From NCBI GenBank assembly GCA_030390025.1, contig CM059433.1, positions 26,724,001-26,788,000 of the forward strand: DNA of 64,000 bases, given 5' to 3'. The stretch's first letter is position 1. Every line of letters starts with the position of its first letter. A model generated the notes under the pieces. It was not told where the DNA came from and did not search any database. It saw nothing but the letters and a program-made list of their open reading frames with translations. The position numbers and the translations under genes were made by a program. The stretch comes from Squalus acanthias (taxonomy: Eukaryota). Of this stretch, positions 11,157-22,921 are shown piece after piece.

Positions 11157-11888
11157 CTGCTGGCCCAATCCTCGTTTACATAACACTGACAGCAGCAGTG
11201 AGCTATGAAGCATTGCAGTGGCAGGACCATCCAAAAATGTGGCTGTCATCAAGATATGCCCCTGAATTTTTAAAAATACTGAAAGTCATGCTGGTTAGAA
11301 TTCATGTTCTTATTCTTCTTACTAATATGAGATCCTACCTTCTCTAAAACCAGAGGCATACACATGTACTTTTTTTCGTTCATTCACGGGATCTGCGCGT
11401 CACTGGAAATGCCAGCATTTATTGCCCATCCCCAATTGCCCTTGAGAAGGTGGTGGTGAGCCGCCTTCTTGAACCGCTGCAGTCCGTGTGGTGAAGGTAC
11501 TCCCACAGTGCTGTTAGGGAGGGAGGTCCAGGATTTTGAACCAGCGACAATGAAGGATCGGCGATATACTTCTAAGTCAGGATGGTGTGTGACTTGAAGG
11601 GGAACTTGGAGGTGGTGGTGTTCCCATGCGCCTGCTGCCCTTGTCCTTCTAGGTGGTAGAGGTCAGGGTTTGGGAGGTGCTGTCGAAAAAGTCTTGGCGA
11701 GTTGCTGCAGTGTATCTTGTAGATGGTACACACTGCAGCCACGGTACGCCAGTGGTGGGGGAGTGAATGTTTAAGGTGGTGGATGGGGTGCCAGTCAAGC
11801 GGGCTGCTTTGTCTTGGATGGTGTTGAGCTTCTTGAGTGTTGTTGGAGCTGCACTCATCCAGGCAAGTGGAGAGCTATGTTACCTGTA

Positions 11889-13858
11889 AGCCGCAATTTT
11901 ACTGACCTCAGCGGGTCCGTGACGGGCGATGTCGGTGGTGGGTCCTGACCCCGCTGTTGGCTCCATCCTGGCCTCTGAAATGCAACAGCATTTACCTTGA
12001 TAGGGCTTGTTAAGCCCGCCCAGCGCGTTTCACGGCCAATTAGAGGAAACGGGTCTGCTAACGTCATTTGATGACACGTCATCAGCTGGTTTTCTTAAAG
12101 GGGACATGGACAACTTTATTTTGACATTTGTGCTGTCAGTGTTCTACAGCATTGAGGTGCTGCAAACACTGACAAGCAGTGCACAGAGGTGCAGGGCTGC
12201 ACCCAGGCTCTCCCATGACTCCCTCCATATGCTTATGGAGGGTGTCACAGCACACAGGGAGGTCCTCTTCACTTCCAATGGACGGAAGAGACCTCCCCAG
12301 GAGATCAACGCAGCCTGATATACATTGCAGAGGAGGGCACAAGCAGGGATGTGTTCAGGAGGAGCTGGGTGCAGTGCCGCAAACCTTTCAATGATCTCAG
12401 TGGATCACGAAACCTGAGTAAAAAGCCACACTCAACCTCATCCTGCTGTGCCTCTCATCGCATCCCCATCACTCTGCCTTCCCTACCCTACTCCTGCACA
12501 TCCTTACTCACACCAACTTACCTTACACCTCCACCCATCCCTCTCTATCTACATTATCACATCCCCATCTCACTAGCCACCCCTCACACTCACCCTCATC
12601 CTAGTCCAATCATACCAACTTACAACACACAAGGGTAGGCACTTGGGTGTTTTATGCAATGTTCATGTAAAGCTTCTGTTAATGTGGTGTCAAACATTGA
12701 AACCTTTATTTTCAACACTTTGCATTCTTGGACAGATTTGTGTTCACCTTTGGAAGTGGCTTAGTGAGTTGCAGTGAATGGTGAGACATAACGGTACCCC
12801 CCTGCAATGCTGATGAGTGTGAAAGGAATGGCTTGGGCATTGTTGGGATGCTTTATGGTGTTGGTGTGGGGTGGTGCCAATTTGGCGCATCATGTGGCAG
12901 CTAGTGTGTACAGTGTCAAGTGAAGTAAATCTGGCCATGCTGAGGCCACCCCTGGCCTCCCGGGCAGCACTGTGGTCGGGTGCTGATGCCCTCTGTCCTG
13001 TGCAGCATCAGGTGATTGCGGAGGTTGTTAGTGTTATTGTTGGTGCTGCTGGTGTGCCTGGTGCTGCTGGTGTTGGGGCTGATCGTGGTGGGATTCTGAG
13101 GACCAAGGTGAGAGAGTATAAAGGGCACCCATGCTGATGGAATAGATTTGAGAGGTCGCACAACACCAGGTTATAGTCCAACAGTTTTATTTGAAATCAC
13201 AAGCTTTCGGAGCTATCGATTGCTTGTGATTTCAAATAAAACTGTTGGACTATAACCTGGTGTTGTGCGACCTCTCAATTTTGTCCACCCCAGTCCAACA
13301 CCGGCATCTCCGCATCATGACCACGATGGAATAGATGGCAGATGATGTAGAGATGACAGAAGCGATCTGTCAATGGTGAGAGAGGTAATGAGGTCAGACT
13401 GGATGGAGACTTGTGTAAAGACTTGCAGCATCCTGAATCTGTTGTGGAAATGCATGAGGAAGAGTTTGTGGCTGAGGGAAGATATCTCTGTAAGGTGGGA
13501 GCTTTTACTGTACATTTTAAGCTGTCAACTCAACAGCTGATTCAACTGAACTCCCGCCTCAGCTTGACAGACGTGGTCCAAGACCAGCGTGGAGCCCGTG
13601 GGCGAGCTGTCAAATGCCAAAGGTGAGCTGAAATTCATTCTTAAGTGGATCTAAACAAGCCATTAATTACCTGAATTGATTCCCCTGCTGTGAACCCGTC
13701 GCTGCATGTCGGGTCTGCTCAGCGCCGACACACACATCAGGGAAAGGCACGTGGCGGCTGGTTCACAACGAGGTCCCGACCCAATGAGGAAAAAAAAACA
13801 CTTTCCCACCCGATCCGCCACCGATTGCGCCCACTGAGCCCCCCGCAAAATCCAGCCC
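11889..13858. mobile_element. Non-autonomous Harbinger derivative, copy 1
   Basis: TSD gta/gta; ends agccgcaatttt / aaaatccagccc; decayed Myb ORF (+) AAPRLSHDSLHMLMEGV and Q/H-rich transposase N-terminus (-). Confidence 0.85.
13148..13324 (+). mobile_element. Miniature fold-back Penelope-like insertion
   Basis: 57-bp perfect IR (13148-13204 / 13222-13278) plus tail, identical to the ends of 19525-21612; TSD gatggaatagat (13136-13147 / 13325-13336). Confidence 0.92.
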
Positions 13859-14652
13859 GTAATATTTTTTGGCCTTGCGCGGCCCCTTTAAGGGGCTGCA
13901 TGGGCCATTCAAAATACCGCGCAAGTGCGGCTTTTACATTGACATGCCAGCAAACCGGCTGCACAGGTTGCTTGAAGCAGTAGGGAACACTGGTGGAGAG
14001 TATTCCATCACACTCCTGACTTGTGCCTTGTAGATGGTGGAAAAGCTTTGGGGAGTCAGGAGGTGAGTCATTCACTGCAGAATACCCAGACTCTGACCTG
14101 CTCTTGTAGCCAAAGTATTTATGTGACTGGTCCAGTTAAGTTTCTGGTCAATGGTGACCCCAGGATGTTGATGGTGGGGGATTTGACAATGGTAATGCTA
14201 GTGAATGTTAAGGGGAGGTGGTCAGACTTTATCTTCTTGGAGATCGTCAGTGCCTCGCGCAAATGTTACCTGCCACTTATCAGCCCAAGCCTGAAGGTTG
14301 TCCAGGTCTTGCTGCATGCGGGCATGGACTGCTTTATTATCTGAGGAGTTGCGAATGGAACTGAACACTGTGCAATCATCAGCGAACGTCCCCACTTCTG
14401 ACCTTATGATGGAGGGAAAGTTGTTGATGAAGCAGCTAAAAATGTTTGGGCCGAGGACACTGCCCCGAAGAACTCCTGCAGCAATGTCCTGGGGCTTAGA
14501 TGATTGGCCTCCAACAACCACAATCATTTTCCTTTGTGCTAGGTATGACTCCAGCCAGTGGAGAGTTTCCCCCTGATTCCCATTGACTTCAATTTTACTC
14601 GGGCTCCTTGATGCCACACTTGGTCAAATGCTGCCTTGATGTTAAGGGCAGT

Positions 14653-15545
14653 CATATCACCTCTGTTTTTTTTGCCAATCACCTTAAATCTGTGCCCTTC
14701 AGCCATTGGAGACAGTTTCTCTTTATTTACTCTATCTAAACCCTTCATGATTTTAAACACCTCCATCAAATCTTCTCTTAGCCTTCTCTGCTCTAAGGAG
14801 AACAACCCCAGCTTCTCCAGTCTATCCACACAACTGTTATCCCTCATCCCTGGAACCATTCCAGTAAATCCCTTCTGTACCCACTCCAAAGCCTTCATGA
14901 CCTTCCTAAAGTGTGGTGCCCAGAATTGGACACAATACTCCAGCTGGGGCCGAACTAGTGTTTTATATAGTTCCAGCATAACTTCCTGGCTTTTGTACTC
15001 TATGCCTATATTTATAAAGCACAGGATCCCATATGCTTCATTAACTGCTTTTTTAACTTGTCCTGCCACCTTCAAAGATTTGTGCACAAGCACCCCCAGG
15101 TCTCTCTCTGATCTTGCACACCCTTTAAAATTGTACCATTTACCATGTATTGTCTCTCCTCATTCTTCCTACCAAAATGTATCACCTCACACTTTCCTGC
15201 TTTGAATTTAATCTGCCATGTGTTTGTCCATTCCACTATGTCCTCTTGAAGTCCATCGCTGTCTTCCTCACAGTTTACTACACTTCCAAGTTTCATGTCA
15301 TCTGCAAATTTTGAAATTGTGCCCTGTACCCCCAAGTCCAAGTCATTAATGCATATCAAAAACAGCAGTGGTCCTAGTACTGAACCTTGGGAAACTCAAC
15401 TGTTTATCTCCGTCCAGTCCGCAACTCTCTTTTCTATCCTTTAGTCAATTTTGTATCCATGCTGCTACTGTCCCTTTTATCCCATGGGCTTCAATTTTGC
15501 TAACAAGCCAAATATGTGGTACTTTATCAAGTGCCTTTTGAAAGT
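14653..15545 (-). mobile_element. CR1 RT fragment
   Basis: ISKFADD, LYKTLVRPQLEYCVQFWAPH, LGLFSLEQRRLR. Confidence 0.9.
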
Positions 15546-17499
15546 TGTTGGGAACACTATGAGGTGTTGTTATACTGTTTAAACTATTGATGCTTAAAGG
15601 ATCGACATCTTGGAGTAAAATATAGATGCTGTAAACACTGGTATCAAAAGAGGTGACTGTAATGAATTGAATTTGTATGTACCTGTCTACATGTGGGCCG
15701 GTGTTATTCAGGCTATCAGACGCAACCACTGGGAAATGGAGGGAAGGTGGGTACCCGGCTGCTAGCACCTGCCTGGGATTCGCAGAAGAACTGGTCTTGG
15801 GAGGTGGGGGGGGGGGGGGGTCGGAGGGTGGAGGCAGTGGGGGAAAAGTCTGGTTTTTTTTAGTCAAATAGTTAAATCTTTCTACACATGCAAAATAAGC
15901 AGTCTTTTCCACTACTGTACCTTCCTAAGCTCCTAGCTGCAATTGTACAGTTTTTAAAGTTTCTTTAGTACTATCAATAAAGGAACAGTACTATGTTTAT
16001 GTTGGTAGCATCATAAGCCAACAATAGATTTTTATGTATCAGAAGAACCAAAATTCCGCAAGTCAGGAATGTGTCGTGTCATAGGATGCAGGAACTTTTT
16101 TTCTCTGGACTTACAATAAGTTGTTGAAGATTGGTCTCATTTTTTCATCTCCATTTTTCCCTCTCTTTTCTTTCTCAGTCTGTTCCCTCCATTACAATGA
16201 TTCCTTTTCATGTCAATAATATGGTATTATGTTGTATGTTATTACAGTTCAGTTTCCTACAGTGGTATTTGTATCAACTCCTTTTGTATGCAAAGAATGA
16301 GCCATTTTCTTTGTACGTTCTATATTTGAATGCACAGTAATTATATGCAGCTTGTAAAAATTCAGAGGTGATTTGTGCTAACTTCACCCATACTCTTTGA
16401 ATCTTTTTACTGTATCAAACGGATTCTGATTTTTCATAAACAGAGCGCTTTGTGCAAGTGCAAGGCCTGAGTGAAGATTGCTGAATGCTGCTGTTCCCTC
16501 TCTTGCTGAAAACCATTTCCTTACTTCTCTTAAGCCCTAATCTGCTCCCTTGAGAGTGAAATTCCATTTGTCGATTTCCTGTTCTGTACTCATGCCATCT
16601 TTCCCAGTAAAATTATTGACAGGAGGAACGTCACCTCCAACGGATTTTTAATGTCGTTGTGGTGTCTCTGATTACCTTCCTTAGATAACAGCCAGGAACT
16701 GTTCACTTTCTCTCCAGACTGGCAAAGGGACCATCTCATGCTTAGTTGGAATTGTTCCATATACATGCTGCCCCACTGCCTACGTGCTCACTAATTATGT
16801 GTCCCTGACACAGCCCATTCATTTTTCACAGTGCTCTATAGGCCTGATCCTGCACCCATTATAGTCAACCGCAGAAAAATGCATACCAGATCTAAGCATG
16901 GAATTTCAATGTATGAAACCACTTCCCATTCAGTCCCATTGTAAAAGAGTTCTGATCCAAGCATTATATTTAAATATAAAATCTTGATCCAAGCAAAAAC
17001 TGTTCCTCAATTAACTGGTTTACAATGGTCAGTACATTAAATACAGCAAATTCACTGCCAAAGTTTCACCTAGAGGCAGTAGCACATTTTTTTTTTAATC
17101 TAATCATTTTTGTACAAAATGTGTTTTTGTTAAGTGTTTTCCGGTGAGTTTATTTTGATTAAGTTGCTGACTGAATGATTAAATGGGCTACGATGCAAAG
17201 ATTTTCAAATTGGCCGTTGTTATCTGCAGTTTATGAAACCCTGATCCAAGCATAGCATTTCTTGGCAAACGAGTTACACTTTCAGGATTCAGCTGCACTG
17301 CCACAAGTTAGGTTTTTCCACCGAAACACAGTTTCAAATGTTTCGGTGCTGTCTTGTGTGCATGAACATCTTGGCACATAGGACGAGATGATCAACATGA
17401 GATATTTTGCAGCTCATCGACAAAGACACCTAGGTATGCTTTTGTAGTCTACTGCATAGAAATTAATTTGCTATTTTGTGCACTCTGCTTTTACTTCTT

Positions 17500-17625
17500 T
17501 GCTTTCCCACATTACAACAGTGACTCCACTTCAAAGAAAAAAGTACTTCATTGGCTGTAAAGTGCTTTGAGACGTCCGGTGGTCATGAAAGGCGCTATAT
17601 AAATGCAAGTCTTTCTTTCTTTCTT
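17500..17625 (+). mobile_element. SacSINE1/DeuSINE-like SINE 3' part
   Basis: Matches 63125-63237; ends aaaggcgctatataaatgcaagtc(tttc)n. Confidence 0.75.
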
Positions 17626-18142
17626 TTGCTTATGTCATTTGCTACCTTTCTTCTCAGCTTTAAACTATTCTGTATGTGCTTAGCCGTTTCTGTGTTTCTT
17701 GAGGCAATGTACTGAAAACGACACCATGAAACTGTAAATGTCCACAACAATCCTCCACCAACAAAGTAGTCAAAGAGTAAAATGGTGGTAGAAAATTCCC
17801 CTGATCTCCATTCTGCAACTTTACTGAACTTTCTTATGGAGCGGGAAAGCCACTGAGGCTGTACTCACACAGCATGTAGCACATTCCAGTATCGTTATAG
17901 TTAAAGCTATGTGCAGTAGTTTGGAGAAGAATGTTCATGCTGGTAGTAGTTTATTCAAAATGGGCTATCACCCACCTGGTTTTCTGGTTTACTTCCTTTA
18001 CCACCGTCTAGCACCACCAGTATACATTTAGACAAGGGATTACATGGTGTCATGTAATTTTAAGAGCATGGAGTGAGAAAACACTATCTACCACATCCAG
18101 CCAACTCCCCCCACAGACCATCCAACAACTACCATGTCAACG

Positions 18143-18395
18143 ATAGCAAAATACTGCGGATGCTGGAAATCCGAAATAACAACAGAAAACGCTGGAAAAA
18201 CTCAGCAGGCCAGGCAGCATCCGTGGAGAGAGAAACAGAGTTAACGTTTCAGGTCGAAGACCCTTCGTCAGAACTGGAAAAAAGCAGGAAATGAAATAGA
18301 TTTAAAGCAAGTATAATGCTGGGAAAAGGGGGAGGGGATGAAAGAACAAAGGGGAAGGTCAGTGGTAGTATAGAAGGCAGGAGAGATTAAGAGAC
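18143..18395 (-). mobile_element. PLE family-2 pLTR / 3' fragment
   Basis: Same terminal module as 9601-9700 and 25662-25808; contains a hammerhead motif. Confidence 0.7.
18239..18275 (-). ncRNA. Minimal type-I hammerhead ribozyme motif, core intact
   Basis: agtt-CUGACGA-ag-gguc-uuc-gacc-u-GAAA-cg-UU-aacu: stem I agtt/aact, stem II ggtc/gacc, palindromic aacgtt stem III. Confidence 0.75.
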
Positions 18396-18465
18396 ATGTC
18401 AAACTCACTCTGTCCACAGATCATATACCAACTACCTTAACAAGCTCACTCTGTCCACAGACCTT

Positions 18466-19035
18466 TTCTGCTGCTGAAACCCTCATCCATGCCTTTGTTA
18501 CCTCTAGACTTGACTATTCCAATACTCTCCTGGTTGGCCTGCCACCTTGCACCCTCCGTAACAAGCTCCTACCTTAACAAGCTCACTCTGCTACCCATTT
18601 CCTAACTTACACCATCAACCCTGTGCTCGCTGAATTACATTGGCAATGCGTGATTTTTAAATTCTCATTCTTGTTTTCAAATCCCTCCATGGCCTCGCCC
18701 CTCCCTATCTTCTTTAGCCCTATAAGCCTCCGAGATATCTGCGCTCCTCTTTCTCGTCTCTTGAGTATCCCCGATTTAAATCGCTCCACCATTGGCGGCC
18801 GTGCCTACAGCTGCCTGAGCCCTAATCTCTGGAATTCCCTCCCTAAACCTCTCCGCCTTTCTAACTCTCTCTCCTCCTTTAAGACGCTCCTTAAAACCTA
18901 CATCTTTGACCAAGCTTTTGGTCACCTGTCCTAATATCTCCTTATGTGGCTCGGTGTCAAATTTTGTTTGATAATGCTCCTGTGAAGCACCTTAGGATGT
19001 TTTAAAAGCACTATATAAATGCACAGTGTTGTTGT
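18466..19035 (+). mobile_element. L2 LINE 3' end
   Basis: ETLIHAFVTSRLDYSN, IGGRAYSCLSPNLWNSLP..FKTLLKTYIF; tail gcactatataaatgc..gttgttgt. Confidence 0.88.
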
Positions 19036-19174
19036 CTATTCATTCATCCAAGTCATTGATATATATGGTGAAAAGCTGAGGCCGCAGATCCCTGAGAAAA
19101 CAAACACTTGTCACATCCTGCCAATCAGAGTAATTTTCCTTTATCCCTTCTCTCTATTTTCCAACCCATGTCAC

Positions 19175-19524
19175 ATTAATGACTTGACTTGGGGGTACAG
19201 GGCACAATTTCAAAAATTGCAAATGACACGAAACTTGGAAGTGTAGTAAACAGTGAGGAAGATAGTAATAGACTTCAAGAGGACATAGACAAGCTGGTGG
19301 AATAGGCGGACACATGGCAGATGAAATTCAATGTAGAAAAGAGTGAGGTGATATATTTTGGTAGGAAGAATGAGGAGAGACAATACATGCTAAATGGTTC
19401 AATTTTAAAGTGGGTGCAAGAAGAGAGATATCTGAGGGTGCTTGTGCACAAATCTTTGAAGGTGGCAGGACAGTTTAACAAAGCAGTTACTAAAGCATAT
19501 GGGATCCTGGGCTTTATAAATAGA
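19175..19524 (+). mobile_element. CR1 RT fragment (host of the PLE; resumes at 21613)
   Basis: WQMKFNVEK..AYGILGFINR, continuing GI after the insertion. Confidence 0.85.
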
Positions 19525-20113
19525 ATTGAGAGGTCGCACAACACCAGGTTATAGTCCAACAGTTTTATTTGAAATCACAAGCTTTCGGAGCTTACTACTC
19601 CTTCGTCGGCTGAAGTAAAGAGATACAGAATCGCCAAAGCATATATAGATAGAGAACAATGCATGTGTACCTTACAATTGCAGACAACTAAATTAAATCA
19701 TCCTGACTGTTTATCTGCCGAGGTGTGATAAAGTTAATCAGGTCAGCCAGGAAGGTACCACATCAAAGACATAGCAAGATACAACTGAGACAATGAGGTG
19801 GAGTCGCAGGGGGTCTAACGTGTCAAAAGCTGCCGTCTGTATGTAAAACGATAAGCTTTAAAATTTTTACTTTTTTACTGGGAATCACATCTGTGAACAA
19901 GCCAACGACGACTCGAGTCCGGATCACGTCATGTATCGTGACATAAACCCAAGATCCCGGTTGAGACCGTCTTCATGAGTGCGGAACTTGGCTATCAGTT
20001 TCTGCTCAATGATTTTGCGTTGTCGTGTGTTCCTAAGGTCGCCTTGGAGAACGCTTACCCGCAGATCCGAGGCTGAATGTCCTTGACTGCTGAAGTGTTC
20101 CCCGACTGGGAGG

Positions 20114-21166
20114 ACCCATGGCGAAGGATCACTGAAAAGACTACACGATAACATAAACAAGTTCCATCCCACCATCAAACTCACCATGGACTACTCCTCA
20201 GAATCGGTTTCATTCCTGGACACACGAATCTCCATCAAAGACGGACACCTCAGCACTTCACTCTACCGCAAGCCCACGGACAACCTCACGATGCTCCACT
20301 TCTCCAGCTTCCACCCTAACCACGTTAAAGAAGCCATCCCCTATGGACAAGCCCTGCGAATACACAGGATCTGCTCAGACGAGGAGGAACGCGATCGACA
20401 CCTACGGACGCTGAAAAACGCCCTCGTAAGAACGGGATATGACGCTCGACTCATCGATCGACAGTTCCGACGGGCCACAGCGAAAAATCGCATAGACCTC
20501 CTCAGAAGGCAAACACGGGTCACAACCAACAGGGTACCCTACGTCGTCCAGTACTTCCCCGGAGCGGAGAAACTACGCCATGTTCTTCGCAGCCTTCAAC
20601 ATGTCATCGATGACGACAAACACCTCGCTAAGGCCATCCCCACGCCTCCACTACTTGCCTTCAAACAGCCGCCTAACCTCAGAAGTACCATCGTTCGCAG
20701 CAAATTACCCAGCTTTCAGGATAACAGCGACCACGACACCACACAACCCTGCCACGGCAAACTCTGCAAGACATGCCAGATCATCAACACAGATACCACC
20801 ATCACACGTGAGGACACTACCCACCAGGTACATGGTACATACTCATGTGACTCGGCCAACGTTGTCTACCTCATACGTTGCAGGAAAGAATGCACCGCGG
20901 CATGGTACATCGGCGAGACCATGCAGACACTGAGACAACGTATGAACGAGCACCGCGCAACAATCGCCAGGCAGGATTGTTACCTCCCAGTCGGGGAACA
21001 CTTCAGCAGTCAAGGACATTCAGCCTCGGATCTGCGGGTAAGCGTTCTCCAAGGCGACCTTAGGAACACACGACAACGCAAAATCATCGAGCAGAAATTG
21101 ATAGCCAAGTTCCGCACTCATGAAGACGTCTCAACCGGGATCTTGGGTTTATGTCACGATACATGA
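20114..21166 (+). CDS. PLE polyprotein C-terminal part: RT thumb, Cys-rich linker and GIY-YIG endonuclease (5'-truncated; 1-nt deletion near the C-terminus)
   Basis: FLDT..LYRKPTD..SFHP..AIPYGQALRIHRICS; CxxxxCxxC linker; VVYLIRC..WYIGET..LRQRMNEH; GLNRD preserved only in the inverted arm. Confidence 0.9.
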   Translation, partial: THGEGSLKRLHDNINKFHPTIKLTMDYSSESVSFLDTRISIKDGHLSTSLYRKPTDNLTMLHFSSFHPNHVKEAIPYGQALRIHRICSDEEERDRHLRTLKNALVRTGYDARLIDRQFRRATAKNRIDLLRRQTRVTTNRVPYVVQYFPGAEKLRHVLRSLQHVIDDDKHLAKAIPTPPLLAFKQPPNLRSTIVRSKLPSFQDNSDHDTTQPCHGKLCKTCQIINTDTTITREDTTHQVHGTYSCDSANVVYLIRCRKECTAAWYIGETMQTLRQRMNEHRATIARQDCYLPVGEHFSSQGHSASDLRVSVLQGDLRNTRQRKIIEQKLIAKFRTHEDVSTGILGLCHDT

Positions 21167-21481
21167 CGTGATCCAGACTCGAGTCGTCGTTGGCTTGTTC
21201 ACAGATGTGATTCCCAGTAAAAAAGTAAAAATTTTAAAGCTTATCGTTTTACATACAGACGGCAGCTTTTGACACGTTAGACCCCCTGCGACTCCACCTC
21301 ATTGTCTCAGTTGTATCTTGCTATGTCTTTGATGTGGTACCTTCCTGGCTGACCTGATTAACTTTATCACACCTCGGCAGATAAACAGTCAGGATGATTT
21401 AATTTAGTTGTCTGCAATTGTAAGGTACACATGCATTGTTCTCTATCTATATATGCTTTGCCGATTCTGTATCTCTTTACT

Positions 21482-21520
21482 TCACCCGACGAAGGAGTAG
21501 TAAGCTCCGAAAGCTTGTGA
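21482..21520 (+). ncRNA. Minimal hammerhead-like motif in the PLE pLTR with variant core CCGACGA
   Basis: tcac-CCGACGA-a-ggag-tagtaag-ctcc-GAAA-gc-TT-gtga; mirrored on the minus strand at ~19576-19614. Confidence 0.65.
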
Positions 21521-22084
21521 TTTCAAATAAAACTGTTGGACTATAACCTGGTGTTGTGCGACCTCTCAATTTTGTCCACCCCAGTCCAACACCGGCATCT
21601 CCGCATCATGACCTTTATAAATAGAGGCATAGGGTGTGATAGTCACTGAATACTTTTGGCACTAAAACGACAAAGAGGTGGCCAAGATGGGGTCTTAAGC
21701 TAAAATGTAGGTTTAGCCTGCATTTAGTGCAAGACGTCATCTTGGTAAAGGAGTTGAAGCCAGCGCTAGGAATGGCCGCCCGGAAGCTTGTTAAACAGTT
21801 GATTGCCACATAAAATACCTGCTAGCGCTCATTAAAGAGGCTGCACGGCACTTCAACTAATGCCCTTTCCTAACTGCGACCAGCTGTTTGGGAGTAAACA
21901 TGGCATTGATGTTGATTTCAAGCGCTACTTAAAGGGATACACAGCACTTAAAGGGATTCTCACCAGGAGCTGTGAAGAGGACCTCTGAAACACATCGGGA
22001 AACTTTCTGGGATACTTTGTCAAGACTTCACCAACACTGGATTATCCCGGAGAACCTCGCTGGCGAGTACTGAAGTGCAACTTC

Positions 22085-22390
22085 AGCATGCCAATGGCTT
22101 GCTCGATGACACATCTGATTGTCATACGGTTCGTGTTGCAGTGCTCTTGCTTTTGGTAGGGTTCCTCAGAGGTGTCATCAGCCAGGTTTGAAGGGGGTAT
22201 CCTTTGTTGCCTAGCAGCCACCCTTTAAGGCTGGTTCGAGGTTTGAACAGGTCGGAGCTGCTGGACTGTCGCAGTATGAAAACTTCATGGCAGCCCCCAG
22301 GGAATCTGGCACAGACCTGCATGAACCTTTCTTGTGGTTGCACACCAGCTGAACATTGATGGAATTAAACAATTTTCTGGCTGCCGAATA
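22085..22390 (-). pseudogene. Harbinger transposase fragment
   Basis: [44 protein letters not shown]. Confidence 0.85.
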
Positions 22391-22920
22391 TCTTATCAAT
22401 CTCTCTCTCTCCATGCACCAACTACCTTATCAAGCTCACTCTCTTCACGTTCCAAGTATCTTATCCAGCTCTCTCTCTCCATGCAGCAACTACATTATCA
22501 AACTCACTGTCTACATGCACCAACTACCTTCCCAAGCTCATTCATCCATGTACCAACTACCTTATCAAGCTAACTCCCTCCACAAACCATGCACCAACTA
22601 CTTGAGCAAACGCACTTTCTACAGGCACCAACTAACTTAACATGCTGACTCTCTCCACAAACAATCCACCAACTACCTTAACAAGCTCACTCTCTCCATG
22701 TCCCAACTACCTTATCTACCTCACTCTCTCCATGCAACAACAATCATTTTAAGCTCGCTAACTCCACAGGCCCTGCACCAACTACCTTATCAAGCTCACA
22801 CTCTTCATTAGCAACAACTTTATCAAGCTCACTCTGTCCATGGACCAACTGCCATATAAACCTCAATCTCTCCATGCACCGACTAGCATATCAAGCTCAC
22901 TCTCTCCATACACCAACTGC
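22390..22920. repeat. Degenerate 34-bp minisatellite (atgcaccaactaccttatcaagctcactctctcc), ~15 units, some ~41 bp
   Basis: Unit starts at 22413, 22447, 22481, 22515. Confidence 0.85.
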
Positions 22921-22921
22921 T

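Larger units (their letters stand above)
11875..13992. mobile_element. hAT-type MITE (~145 bp of own sequence) with 8-bp TSD, itself interrupted
   Basis: TSD gtggagag at 11867-11874 and 13993-14000; right end ..gggaacactg (= cagtgttccc), left end degenerate ctatgttacc. Confidence 0.65.
11370..14652 (-). mobile_element. Zenon-like CR1 LINE split into 11370-11874 and 13993-14652 by nested insertions
   Basis: Both pieces are colinear with the 7868-9230 copy; junction duplicated as gtggagag. Confidence 0.85.
19525..21612 (+). mobile_element. Penelope-like retroelement (Neptune-like), 5'-truncated, with inverted pLTR and 3' tail
   Basis: Inverted arms 19525-20113 and 20983-21570; ~42-nt unpaired tail; TSD ctttataaataga (19512-19524 / 21613-21625). 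Confidence 0.93.

Noticed and set aside
15445..15912. Pro-rich 155-aa ORF
   Set aside because: Poly-G tract read antisense and fused to a CR1 fragment
22390..22920. CRISPR-like array (34-bp period)
   Set aside because: Head-to-tail degenerate units without unique spacers; eukaryotic context; no cas genes
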